In this document: piece after piece, positions 1 to 9,525 of the stretch
How positions within the stretch are numbered: the first letter of the stretch is position 1
Layout of the letters: each line of letters begins with the position of its first letter
From: Octopus sinensis
Taxonomy: Eukaryota
Reading direction: 5' to 3'
Length of the DNA: 19,512 nt
Assembly: GCF_006345805.1 (NCBI RefSeq)
Contig: NW_021824244.1
Coordinates: forward strand, 1 to 19,512
Program-made: the position numbers and the translations under genes
Notes under the pieces: model-generated
Database searches by the model: none
What the model was told of the DNA's origin: nothing
Seen by the model: the letters and a program-made list of their open reading frames with translations, nothing else

Positions 1-996
1 ACCTGTGAGTGCAGAGCGAGACAAAGAAATAGGAGGGTAGTGGAAGACTAGACCAAAGGATCAGAGGAAAGAGAAGATGAATAGATAAAGTGATATATAT
101 ATATATATGTACAAAAATGGGACAAGAACGCGAAACATCCAGACAGTTAGGTGAAACAAAAAAAAAAAGGAAAACAAAATATCCAGACAGACGATACAAG
201 GAAAACAAGTACGGATCATTCGGAGTTTTCTATCCTCAGTCAAGTTCCAGATTATCTTTGCAATTTCGGCTGGTTATACCCGAGGTTGCTCCAATCTGGC
301 CAGCCCCAAGGAAAAAATAAGCTAAGAGCATTACATTCCTTGCAAGAAAGCAGCGAATCTATATAAAGAACAAGGACGGGAAAAAAACCCCGAAATCTTA
401 TACAAATACAAATAACAGGACAGATAAACTTAGATGTTTCATGGATAAGTGTGTGTGTGTATGTGTGTGTGTAGATATTATATACGTATATCATATTGAT
501 CTTCGCATGTATGTATATATGAATAAATATGTATGTATGTGTAGTTATGTATAGCTTGATGTGTTTTGTCTGTGAGTTGGTGTGTAAATAAACAGGCGAA
601 GTATGTATGACTTACTGAATGCTATTCAATAAATTGCTGCAAAGAGCATAACAGTAACATCAACAACACCAATAATAAACAAAGCAAACTGTAGGGAAAT
701 TCCAACATTCCGCACGTGAGACAGAGAATAGGGGACATGAGAAGATGGGAAATGGTAGGGGTGGTGGAAAGAGCGGGGGACGAGAAAGGGACGGTTTGAA
801 ATGACTGCTGGAGTATGGGATAAAAGTTGGGTAATGGAGGGAAATGTATGAAAGAATCACGGTTATAAGAAAGGAATAAGAAAGGGATAAGAAAAGAGTT
901 GACGTGTGTGTGGTGAGGCTGGCAGTGGTGGTGGTGGATGTTTTTCTAAGGATACAGATGAGGAGGGGTTTTGCAGGAGTGGGGACACTGGGGGAG

Positions 997-1510
997 CAAC
1001 GGTGGTGGTGGTGGTGGTGATGACTGTGATGGCGGTAGTGGCGCTGGTGGTGATGATGGTGATGACTGTGATGGCGGTAGTGGCGCTGGCGCTGGTGGTG
1101 GTGGTGGTGGTGGTGATCGTGGCAATGATGGAGACGGTGTTGGTCTTGTTGGTGGTGGTGAGCAGTGGTGGTGATGGTGGCGTTGGTGGTGGTTATGGTG
1201 GTGGCGGTGATTATGTTGGTGCTGGTAATGATGATGATGATGATGATGATGATGGTGGTAGCGGAGGAACTATTAGTGTTGATGTTGGTGATGATGTTAG
1301 CGGTGGTGATGGTGATGGTGGTGGTGATGAAGTTGGTAGTGATAATGGTAGTGGTGGTGGTGGTAGAGATGGCTGCGTTGGTGGTCGTCGTCATGGTGAT
1401 GGTGATGATATTGGTGGTGGTGGTGGTGGTGGTTGAGGTGGAGATGGTGGTGACAGTGGTGATGGTGATCTTGGTATGTTCTTATTGTTATTGGTGGTGA
1501 TGGCGGTGGC
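997..1510. repeat. (GGT/GAT)n trinucleotide low-complexity tract with an internal 42-bp-period duplication (~1016-1089)
   Basis: Visible GGT/GAT runs; GGTGATGACTGTGATGGCGGTAGTGGCGCTGG occurs twice, 42 bp apart. Confidence 0.9.
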
Positions 1511-1774
1511 GAGTGATTGAGGGGTGGAAGCGGTGGCGATGGACACGTGACATGGAAGTCTGATGAAGGTGTGGAGGTGGAGCAGTTTCTTCAGTAGATG
1601 TGTAGTGGAGGAGAGGTGCGTGGTGTGGGGGCGGAGATTTGGAGGTTATGGATAGTTGTGTGTACCATTGAGTGGAGGTGTGGCGGTGGCGGGTGGGAGT
1701 GGTGTTGGTTCTGTGCGAAGAAGTGGGGGGACATGGTGCGTATGGGGGTATATCGTCTGAGAGTGATAGATGTA

Positions 1775-2128
1775 TGCATGTGTGTGTGTATGTGTGTGGA
1801 TGTGCGCGTATCTGTGTGTACGTGTGTCTGTGTGTACATGTGTGTGTATGTGTGTGCGTGTCGTATGTATATATGTGTGTGCTTATATGTCTATGTACTT
1901 GTAATTATGTATGTGTATATATGTGATTATGTGTCTTTATGTTTGTGTGTGTGTGCGTGTGTCTACGAACATACGTACATATGTGTATATGTGCGTGGTT
2001 GCACGTGTGTGCATGTGTGCGGTTGGGCGTGTGCGTGTAAGAGCATGTGCGTGTACATACGTGTGAATGTGTGTGTGTGTGCGTGAGCATGTGCTTATGT
2101 GTTTCTATATGTGTATGTGTGTGTGTGT

Positions 2129-2169
<41 letters not shown>

Positions 2170-2210
2170 GTGCGTATGTGTGTATGCATGTGGGCACGTT
2201 TGTGTATGTG
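1775..2210. repeat. Degenerate (TG)n/(TATG)n microsatellite
   Basis: Directly visible. Confidence 0.9.
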
Positions 2211-2525
2211 TAGGCGGAAGAAGGAGAGGGTTAAGTAAAGTCATGGAACATGGTTGAGAAAGAAACTGGATATGTCTGCTGAAAGGAAAAGAAGGCGACA
2301 AAGTTTATTCAAGGAGAAAAAAGTTGAAAAAAAGGGGAAAAGGAGAGAGGAAGATTATAAAGAAAGGGATTAAAAACGAGGGCAATGACACAGGCAGGAA
2401 AGGCAGACAGACACACTGACAGACTGGCAGTTAGTCCCCCTATATTTTTTCGGTTTCTTTATTCAATACTATCATCCCCCGTTCTATAAGTACTCAATGT
2501 CTTACTTTTAATCCGGACATTAGCA

Positions 2526-3036
2526 GACCTTTTCAAAAAGCGGACGCATAAGCCATTGCTCATCATCTGGTGGGCTACATGAGCCATTGTTTATCACCAA
2601 GCAGGCCACATGAGTCATGGCTAATCAGCAAGACGCCGCATGAGCCATTGCTTATCATCAGGCGGGCTGAACGAGCCATGGCTCACCAGTAGGCGGGCCG
2701 CATGAGCCGTTGCCTATATCAGCCGGGCTGCATACAGCATGGCTTATCATCAGGGCCTGCGTGAGCCATGGTTCATCATCAAGCGGGCCGTATGAGACAC
2801 TGCTTATCAACAAGCGGGCCGCATGAGCCATTGTTTATCATCATGCGGGCTGCATGAGCCATGGATAATCATCACGCGGGCCGCATAAGCCATGACTCAT
2901 CATCAGACGGGATGCATGAGCCATGGCTAATCATCAGGGAGCCGCATGAGCCATGGCTCATTATCAGGCGGGCCGCACTTTAAAAAAGGTCGAAGGCAGT
3001 CAAAAAGTCCCGCGGGCCGCAGGTTGTCCGAGACTG
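2526..3036 (-). mobile_element. hAT-like non-autonomous element (MITE) carrying an internal 31-bp tandem array
   Basis: Minus strand from 3036 reads CAGTCTCGGACAACCTGCGGCCCGCGGG, the typical hAT-MITE terminus pattern (CAG..CAACCTGCGGCCCGCGGG); subterminal inverted match 2526-2547 vs 2968-2991; left TIR and 8-bp TSD not clearly resolved. Confidence 0.6.
2540..2976. repeat. Minisatellite, 14 degenerate ~31-bp units, consensus approximately GCGGGCCGCATGAGCCATGGCTCATCATCAG
   Basis: Units aligned by eye; final GCGGGCCGC at 2968-2976. Confidence 0.92.
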
Positions 3037-3166
3037 CTTCAGTCGTTGCTGTTACTGTCATTGCTATTGTTGTTGTGGGTGCTTAGCTGCAAGCCGGCGC
3101 TGACTGAGTACATCTAAGACCAATAACGTTCCAGCTGTGACCATCGCGTCGTTTTCTATTGGTCTA

Positions 3167-3330
3167 GGTGCAAGCAAGGCTGTGTAGAAGCTCGTTTCGC
3201 AACCACATGGTTTCTCGTTTGGTTCCATGCACGGCACCTTGGCAAATGTCTTCCACTATAGCGCAGGGTTAACTAATAACTTTGTGTGTGAAACTGGTTG
3301 GCAGAAACTGCATGGAAGCCCGTCTTACAT
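3167..3330 (+). mobile_element. Degenerate SINE-B 5' half (tRNA-derived head)
   Basis: Colinear with 4746-4910 (GGCTGTGT.. AACCACATGGTT.. GGCACCTTGG.. CTATAGC.. GAAACTG.. GAAGCCCGTC). Confidence 0.75.
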
Positions 3331-3338
3331 ATGTTTAT

Positions 3339-3372
<34 letters not shown>

Positions 3373-3484
3373 TACATATAAATATATATGTATGTGTAAC
3401 ACACACATAAACACGCGCACACATATATATATAAACTCACTGTTAACAAAGTTCATGATGCGTGAAATTCAATCACCCAATAAA

Positions 3485-3574
3485 TCAAAAAGTCATTAAA
3501 TACTATAAAACGTATACGTATGACAGACACAGAAGGACCCTAATTCTTCATCAGTTATCGATCAAAAATACTAA
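3485..3574 (-). repeat. Left arm of ~90-bp imperfect inverted repeat (partner 3966-4055)
   Basis: TAATTCTTCATCAGTTATCGA (3541-3561) is the reverse complement of TCGATAACTGATGAAGAATTA (3979-3999); similarity extends outward with mismatches. Confidence 0.8.
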
Positions 3575-3624
3575 CACTTAGTTTCGTGCCTTCAACGATA
3601 AGACTAGGAACTTCGTATATCTGT

Positions 3625-3854
3625 TTCTTTATTACCCACAAGGGGCTAAACATAGAGGGGACAAACAAGGACAGACAAACGGATTAAGTCGATTACATGG
3701 ACCCCAGTGCGTAACTGGTACTTAATTTATCGACCCCCGAAAGGATGAAAGGCAAAGTCGACCTTCGGCGGAATTTGAACTCAGAACGTAACGGCAGACG
3801 AAATACGGCTACGCATTTCGCCCGGCGTGCTAACGTTTCCGCCAGCTCGCCGCC
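3625..3854 (-). mobile_element. SINE-A, full length, tRNA-derived
   Basis: Minus strand: GGCGAGCTGGC head with A-box-like motif, B box GAGTTCAAATTCC, central GCCTTTCATCCTTTCGGGGGTCGATAAATTAAGTACC core, GTAATAAAGAAA tail; near-identical to 15535-15762. Confidence 0.9.
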
Positions 3855-3965
3855 TCGGCGGCACTCACCAGATTTGCGTAGAATTAGATCTCGAGCAAAC
3901 AAGACAATACAGGTGAACGTACGAAAGTAAACAAATGTAATTTGAAACGAGAGACATAGACACAA

Positions 3966-4055
3966 TTAGTCGTTTTGGTCGATAACTGATGAAGAATTAG
4001 CGTCTTTCTGTTTATGTCCTACCCGAACGTTCTGTAATATTTAATGCATTTTTCA
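3966..4055 (+). repeat. Right arm of ~90-bp imperfect inverted repeat (partner 3485-3574)
   Basis: Reverse-complement match to 3485-3574. Confidence 0.8.
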
Positions 4056-4084
4056 GTCATATGTGTGTCGCACCTGTATGTCTT

Positions 4085-4190
4085 TGTGTTTGTTTACTGC
4101 ACTGCTTGACAATGTTAGTTTGTTCGCATTCCCGAAAGTTAACGGTTCCGAATCGGTTAGTTCTACCAATGCCTTTATAGGCGGTACCTA
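4085..4190 (+). mobile_element. Highly degenerate SINE-B 3' half fragment
   Basis: TGTGTTTGT..CTGCTTGACAA..TTCCCG..TTAACGGTTC resembles 4925-5000. Confidence 0.45.
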
Positions 4191-4246
4191 TAAGGGCACA
4201 GTCACAAAGACATACACACATAGATATATACATACATTCACTCATA

Positions 4247-4277
<31 letters not shown>

Positions 4278-4302
4278 CAACACACACACACACACACACA
4301 CA

Positions 4303-4355
<53 letters not shown>

Positions 4356-4356
<1 letters not shown>

Positions 4357-4739
4357 TAGCAGTATCGCCCGGCGTTGCTCGGGTTTGTAAGGGAAATAAC
4401 TATAAAGCATTTTTAGAGAGTTATAGCCAAAAAATAGCAAAAAAATGGAAAAAAAATTATGGTAAATATATTTTTGAGAGTAAAAAGGTGGAGTTGCGTC
4501 CCCTAGACAGTCTGTGGTTTGTGTTTCTGACTCTCGACCCCATGTCGAATTTATCGATTTTTTTCAGAACTGGGGGAACTTTTCAAAATTTTCGCTGCGT
4601 TAGTTTTGAATTATGACATTGGGCTATGTGTGTGTCAAGTTTCATCAGAATCGGTTGAAAGCCGTGGTCAGGGTGAGGGTACAACCTAACAGACACACAG
4701 AAACACACACAGACAAACTGCCGTTTATATAGAGAGAGA
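4356..4739 (-). mobile_element. Non-autonomous Helitron, copy 1
   Basis: Minus strand: 5'-TC start after A; 3' hairpin CCCGAGCAACGCCGGG, 8 nt, then terminal CTAG followed by T (A|T target, no TSD); near-identical to 5190-5558. Confidence 0.88.
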
Positions 4740-4745
4740 TATATA

Positions 4746-5129
4746 GGCGCAGGAGTGGCTGTGTGGTAAATAGATTGCTAACCAACCACATGATTCCGGG
4801 TTCAGTCCCACTGCGTGGCATCTTGGGCAAGTGTCTTGTGCTATAGCCTCGGGCCGACCAAAGCCTTGTGAGTGGATTTGGTATACGGAAACTGAAAGAA
4901 GCTTGTCGTATATATATATATGTGTGTGTTTGTCCCTCTAGCATTGCTTGACAACCGATGCTGGTATGTTTACGTCCCCGTCACTTAGCGGTTCGGCAAA
5001 AGAGACCGATAGAATAAGTACTGGGCTTACAAAGAATAAGTCCCGGGGTTGATTTGCTCGACTAAAGGCGGTGCTCCAGCATGGCCGCAGTCAAATGACT
5101 GAAACAAGTAAAAGAGAGTAAAGAGAGTA
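4746..5129 (+). mobile_element. SINE-B, full length (tRNA-derived head, internal (TA)/(TG) tract, LINE-like tail)
   Basis: GGCGCAGGAGTGGCTGTGTGG A box, GGTTCAGTCCC B box, tail GGCGGTGCTCCAGCATGGCCGCAG..CTGAAACAAGTAAAAGAG; homologues at 17367-18020. Confidence 0.9.
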
Positions 5130-5189
5130 TATTTTGGGGAAACAAACACAGACACATACATATATTATATATTATAATATATATATATA

Positions 5190-5553
5190 CTAGCAGTATC
5201 GCCCGGCGTTGCTCGGGTTTGTAAGGGAAATAACTATAAAGCATTTTTAGAGAGTTATAGCCAAAAAATGGAAAAAAAGTGATGGTAAATTTTTTTTTTA
5301 GTTAAAAAGGTCGAGTTGCGTCCCCTAGACAGTCCGTGGTTTGTGTTTCTGATTCTCGACCCCATGTCGAATTTATCGATTTTTTTCAGAACTGGGGGAA
5401 CTTTTCAAAATTTTCGCTGCGTTAGTTTTGAATTATGACATTGGGCTATGTGTGTGTCAAGTTTCATCAGAATCGGTTGAAAGCCGTGGTCAGGGTGAGG
5501 GTACAACCTAACAGACACACAGAAATACACACAGACAAACTGCCGTTTATAAT

Positions 5554-5558
<5 letters not shown>
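5190..5558 (-). mobile_element. Non-autonomous Helitron, copy 2
   Basis: Same TC / hairpin / CTAG termini and A|T target as copy 1; long identical stretches, with differences clustered in the A/T-run region. Confidence 0.88.
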
Positions 5559-5610
<52 letters not shown>

Positions 5611-5611
<1 letters not shown>

Positions 5612-5752
5612 GACGGGCTTCTTTCAGTTTCCATCTACCGAATCCACTCACAAGACTTTGGTCGGCTCGAGGCTATAGTAGAACACACTTGCCCAAGATG
5701 CCACGCAGTGGGACTGAACCCGGAACCATCTGGTTGAGAAGCGAGCTTCTTA
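5611..5752 (-). mobile_element. SINE-B 5' half, antisense
   Basis: Reverse complement of the 4765-4910 head; adjoins its own (TA)n tract at 5559-5610. Confidence 0.85.
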
Positions 5753-5839
5753 AGAATGTAAAAACTATAGTAGATTAATTAGGTTGGTCCTGAATAACAA
5801 AGTCCCTCGACTGGGTTAAAGAAACTATACACACACAGA

Positions 5840-5972
5840 CATGTGTGTGTGTATTTGTATGTATATGTGTAGTGTGTATGCTTGCGTGTATGTGTATGTA
5901 TGTATGCATGTATGTATGTATTATGTATGTATGTATGTATGTATGTATGTATGTTGTATGTATGTACGTATG
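5840..5972. repeat. (TATG)n microsatellite
   Basis: Directly visible. Confidence 0.9.
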
Positions 5973-6745
5973 CACACATATCCAGACGTGTACCGATCTA
6001 GCTATATGCGCGCATGTGTACGCGTATCTTCGTATCAACCTCCCTACCTCCCTATATCCCTCTATTATACAAGCTCCCTTTTCGTTATTATATCATTTGA
6101 CAAAGCCCCTATCGGCACAGAAGCGACATCAGTTCCTCATTCCTACACAAATCACTCACCTGATGCATGTTTTTGCATTTAGCGAAAAGATTTGTTTATT
6201 TATTTATTTATTTCACGCGTTTTACATTGCAATGCATCAAGCAACGCTTTGCTTCACAACGCATTGCATTGCAATGCGCTGTTGCATTCTTTTAGTAATA
6301 AATTGCATTCTTGTCTTCGCTTTCTCGTCACATAACACGCTTCAAATTTCCCCTTCTCCTTCTCTCTCTCTCTCTCTCTCTCTCTTCCCTTCCCTGTCTC
6401 TCCTTCTTTCCCCCTCTCTCTCTCTCTGTCTCTTGAATTCTTTCTCTCTCATACCTTCTGCTTCTCTTTTCTCCCTCCACACACTGTCTTACCCTAATTC
6501 CCTTTTGTCTCTTCTTTTATCGCATCCATTACCAGTAGCAGTAGTAGTAGTAGTAGTAGTAGTAGTAATAGTCGAAACAGCAGCAGAATCCTTAAAAGGG
6601 AAGAAGAGAGACCCTGATAAAGAAAAATGTATAAAAATAGGTAAAAAGGAAAATGTTGAAATTGAAGACGATGGGTGGGGGGGGTGGATGATGGTGATGG
6701 CGATGATGATGGTGATGATGTCGCTTCTGAGAGAGGGTGGCAGTG

Positions 6746-6950
6746 GCGTGACGACAGTGGTGGTGTGACGATGGTGGTAGCGTGACGCTGGCGGTGGCGT
6801 GGCGATGGCGGTGGCGTGACGCTGGCAATGGCGTGACGATGGCGGTAGCGTGACGATGGTGGTAGAGTGACGACGCTGGCGATGGCGTGACGATGGCGGT
6901 AGCGTGACGATGGTGGTAGCGTGACGCTGGCGGTGGCGTGACGATGGCCC
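6746..6950. repeat. CpG-rich 17-bp minisatellite, 12 units, GCGTGACG(A/C)TGG(C/T)GGT(A/G)
   Basis: Units start at 6746, 6763, 6780, 6797, 6814, 6831, 6848, 6865 (20 bp), 6885, 6902, 6919, 6936. Confidence 0.92.
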
Positions 6951-7003
6951 TAGTGAGTTAGATATTTTGTAAGATCATTTGGTTTTGGTTTTTCCTCATC
7001 TGA

Positions 7004-7311
7004 CTGGTGAGGGTATTTGGCGCACGATCGTAAGGCCGTGAGTTCGATTCCAGGGAGCGTGTTGTATCTTTGAGCAAGACACTTTTTTTCACGTTACTCC
7101 AGTCCACTCAGCTGGCAAAAATGAGTAGTACCTGTATTTCAAAGGGCCAGTCTTGTCATACTGTGTGTCACGCTGAATCTCTCTGAGAACTATGTTAAGG
7201 TTTGCGCGTGTCTGTGGAGTGCTCAGCCACTTCAACGTTAAATTTAACGAGCAGGCTGTTCCATTGATCAGACCAACTGGAACCCTCCCCGTCATAACCG
7301 ACAGAGAACCA
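7004..7311 (+). mobile_element. SINE-C, nearly full length (first ~18 nt missing)
   Basis: B box GAGTTCGATTCC, TGAGCAAGACACT core, CTCCAGTCCACTCAGCTG; reverse-complement homologue at 7750-8066. Confidence 0.85.
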
Positions 7312-7499
7312 GTTATTAGTCTAGAGAGTAGGCAATACCCATGACCCGTTAATTTACAAGGGCATCCGGTTCTTGTGAGAAGGAGGAAGGAAGGTGCCCT
7401 CAGACCGGGAAATCTGACCCGAACGCTTTCAACAGAGAGAATTCCGCTAAGAGCTGCCCTAGGTGTCGAACAATGATACTAAACTGGGCGACTGGTCAA

Positions 7500-7600
7500 G
7501 TCTAACATCCAAGTAGACCATAGCAGGATTCGAACTCAGAACACGAAGATCCGGAACAAATAAAACAAGGCATATGATTTGACAGTTTTGCAGTTCCACC
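7500..7600 (-). mobile_element. Degenerate SINE-A-related head
   Basis: GGATTCGAACTCAGAAC B-box complement and downstream similarity to the SINE-A head. Confidence 0.5.
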
Positions 7601-7664
7601 AAGCCAATGCTTTGAATTGGTGTACCCTTTATTTTATTATTATTTATTAATTTTTTTTTTTTGT

Positions 7665-7745
7665 TTTTTATCGATTCCGAAAAGATGAAAGCCAAAGTCG
7701 ATCTCTACAGGATTTGAACTCAGAGCGGAGAGAGTCGAAAAAAAA
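7665..7745 (-). mobile_element. SINE-A-related central fragment (left part of an element split by SINE-C)
   Basis: TTTATCGATTCCGAAAAGATGAAAGCCAAAGTCGA..GGATTTGAACTCAGA matches SINE-A. Confidence 0.7.
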
Positions 7746-7749
7746 CTCC

Positions 7750-8066
7750 GGCACTTCGTCGGTTACGATGATGAGTGTTGATCCAATCGATGGAAGAGCT
7801 TGCTTCTGAAATTAACGTGCAAGTGGCTGAGTACACCACAGACACATGTACCCTTAACGCAAGTTCTGAGGAAAACTCAGCGTGACACAGAATGTGACAA
7901 GGCTGGCCCTTTTGAATGACAGGTACTCCTAATTTTACCAGGTAATTGGACTGGAGCAACGTGAAATAAAGCATCTTGTTCAAGGACACAACGCGCCGTC
8001 GAGAATCGAACACATGACCTCACGATCGCAAACCGAATACCCCCAAACACTAAGCCACGTACCTCC
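7750..8066 (-). mobile_element. SINE-C, full length, antisense
   Basis: Minus strand GGAGGTACGTGGCTTAGTG A box, GTTCGATTC B box; colinear with 7004-7311. Confidence 0.85.
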
Positions 8067-8071
8067 ACTAA

Positions 8072-8133
8072 TCGAAACAAATATCGCAAAGCATTATGTC
8101 CGACTCCCCTCCCGACCCTGCTAATTCGCCGCC
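8072..8133 (-). mobile_element. SINE-A-related 5' head remnant (right part of the split element)
   Basis: AAAT..CGC.AAGCATT.TGTCCG....TCGCCGCC matches the SINE-A 5' end pattern. Confidence 0.5.
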
Positions 8134-8414
8134 GGGTTTAATTTTCGCCAAGTAGACCTATTTAATCAAAGGCCTTCCAGTCATGACCACACCATATTTT
8201 TACATGCTTCAAGGTATCTTGTACTATATTATCGGTAGCGATGGTAAGATTCTCCGTCCGTCTCGACGGTAAGCATTCTGCTGTTTGTTCCTACTCACAA
8301 AACCAACATGTATAAGCAGCCGAGTATAACTAGAGAAAATCTGTGTTGGTTGTAATAGTGAGTAGTGGATCTCCGTCGTTCAACAATGAGGATTCAGTTG
8401 TTCCACATGTACCT

Positions 8415-8532
8415 GAGCTAACGTGCAAGAAGCCCAACAGCACACAGACCCGTATACTCTTGATTAAATTCTTGGTCAGAACCAGCGTGACATTGTGTGA
8501 CAATGCTGTGTCCTTTTTGAATTATAAGTATA
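8415..8532 (-). mobile_element. Old degenerate SINE-C fragment
   Basis: AACGTGCAAG..CACAGAC..CAGCGTGACA..TGTGACAA..CCTTTTTGAATTA matches 7832-7925. Confidence 0.6.
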
Positions 8533-8547
8533 TTCCAACCGATGGAC

Positions 8548-8655
8548 TCCTATACTATTTCCGGCTACCAAAATTTCACTCACAAGGTATGAGTCGAGCC
8601 GAGTCTATAAAAATATAAAAATGTTTAATATACCACTCGCTGAGATCAAACCCGT
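8548..8655 (-). mobile_element. Old degenerate SINE-B head
   Basis: TTTCC.GCTACCAAA..CACTCACAAGG..CCGAG.CTATA matches 5628-5680. Confidence 0.5.
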
Positions 8656-8783
8656 AGCGAATATCTTTATCATTGGGGCTCATACTGCGGTCCCAGTAGA
8701 AATGTGTTTGCACCCTTCACGTAACTTACAGGCCGACACTCTTTGATACAAAACAGAGTCTTTAAGCTACATAGGTAACTCCG

Positions 8784-8818
<35 letters not shown>

Positions 8819-8861
8819 GGGGGGAAGGGAGACAGAAGAATAGATCCCTGTCATGATATTT

Positions 8862-8992
8862 CATTATCCGACCTCCGAAAGGACACAAAATAAAGTTGAA
8901 CTCTACGGGATTCGAACTCATTACAACAGAGAGCCAGAACGATTGTGCAAAGCATTTTATCCGACGCTCTAAAAATTGTGCCAAGTTACCGT
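8862..8992 (-). mobile_element. Old degenerate SINE-A-related element
   Basis: CCGAAAGGA..AAAGTTGA..GGATTCGAACTCA..AAGCATTTTATCCG matches SINE-A. Confidence 0.6.
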
Positions 8993-9174
8993 CTTACGTA
9001 TTGAGGGTCGTAGCGATTGTACAAATGGTGCCGGAGTTGATTATAGAAATGGTGTCGTTGTTGTTGCGGTTAGTGGTGGTGACGATGATAGGAGTGGGGA
9101 TGTCTCCTGCTTAACTCTCCCCCAATGTCTGGCAAAACGCAAGCGTCTCTCTCTCCTCTCTGTCTCTCCTGTCT

Positions 9175-9214
<40 letters not shown>

Positions 9215-9525
9215 CCTCTCTCTTTCTCTCTAATGACATCAGCGATTACAAGAAGCCAATCGTAGATCCTTCGTTTGGCCGAGTGTTTTACTCAACAAGA
9301 TATTCACCACGGCCCCTAACATTAACACGCGGGTGCAAGCGCCATCAAATCTTGCCTCCAGCTGTTTGACGATCGTGTTTCACCAACAATTTCTCAACCA
9401 GGACTCACAAATACGCCAATGGTTTACCATTTCACATTCGTACTCAATGCTGAATATGGTTAGGTTATTAAGTTTTTAGAAATATACTGGAAAAGCTGAA
9501 GGTTTTCGGCAACGAAACTGGTCAG

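Noticed and set aside
660-1500. Long ORFs (244, 176 and 111 aa) rich in T/H/V/G
   Set aside because: Translations of a GGT/GAT trinucleotide tract; open in several frames and both strands, with no domain signal
2540-2976. CRISPR array or hammerhead array (minus strand reads CTGATGA followed by a hairpin)
   Set aside because: Units are contiguous with no unique spacers and no cas genes; the GAAA box required after stem II is absent
3625-3854. tRNA genes at the SINE heads (also 4746, 7004, 15762, 17367)
   Set aside because: A/B boxes are present but there is no complete cloverleaf, and they continue into SINE bodies
5845-6768. 307-aa ORF
   Set aside because: Stitched from TATG, CT, GTA and GAT simple repeats; no recognisable protein
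9233-9380. Possible plus-strand exon after the (CT)n tract (DISDYKKPIVDPSFGRVFY..)
   Set aside because: The pyrimidine tract is a microsatellite; no convincing donor and no recognisable homology
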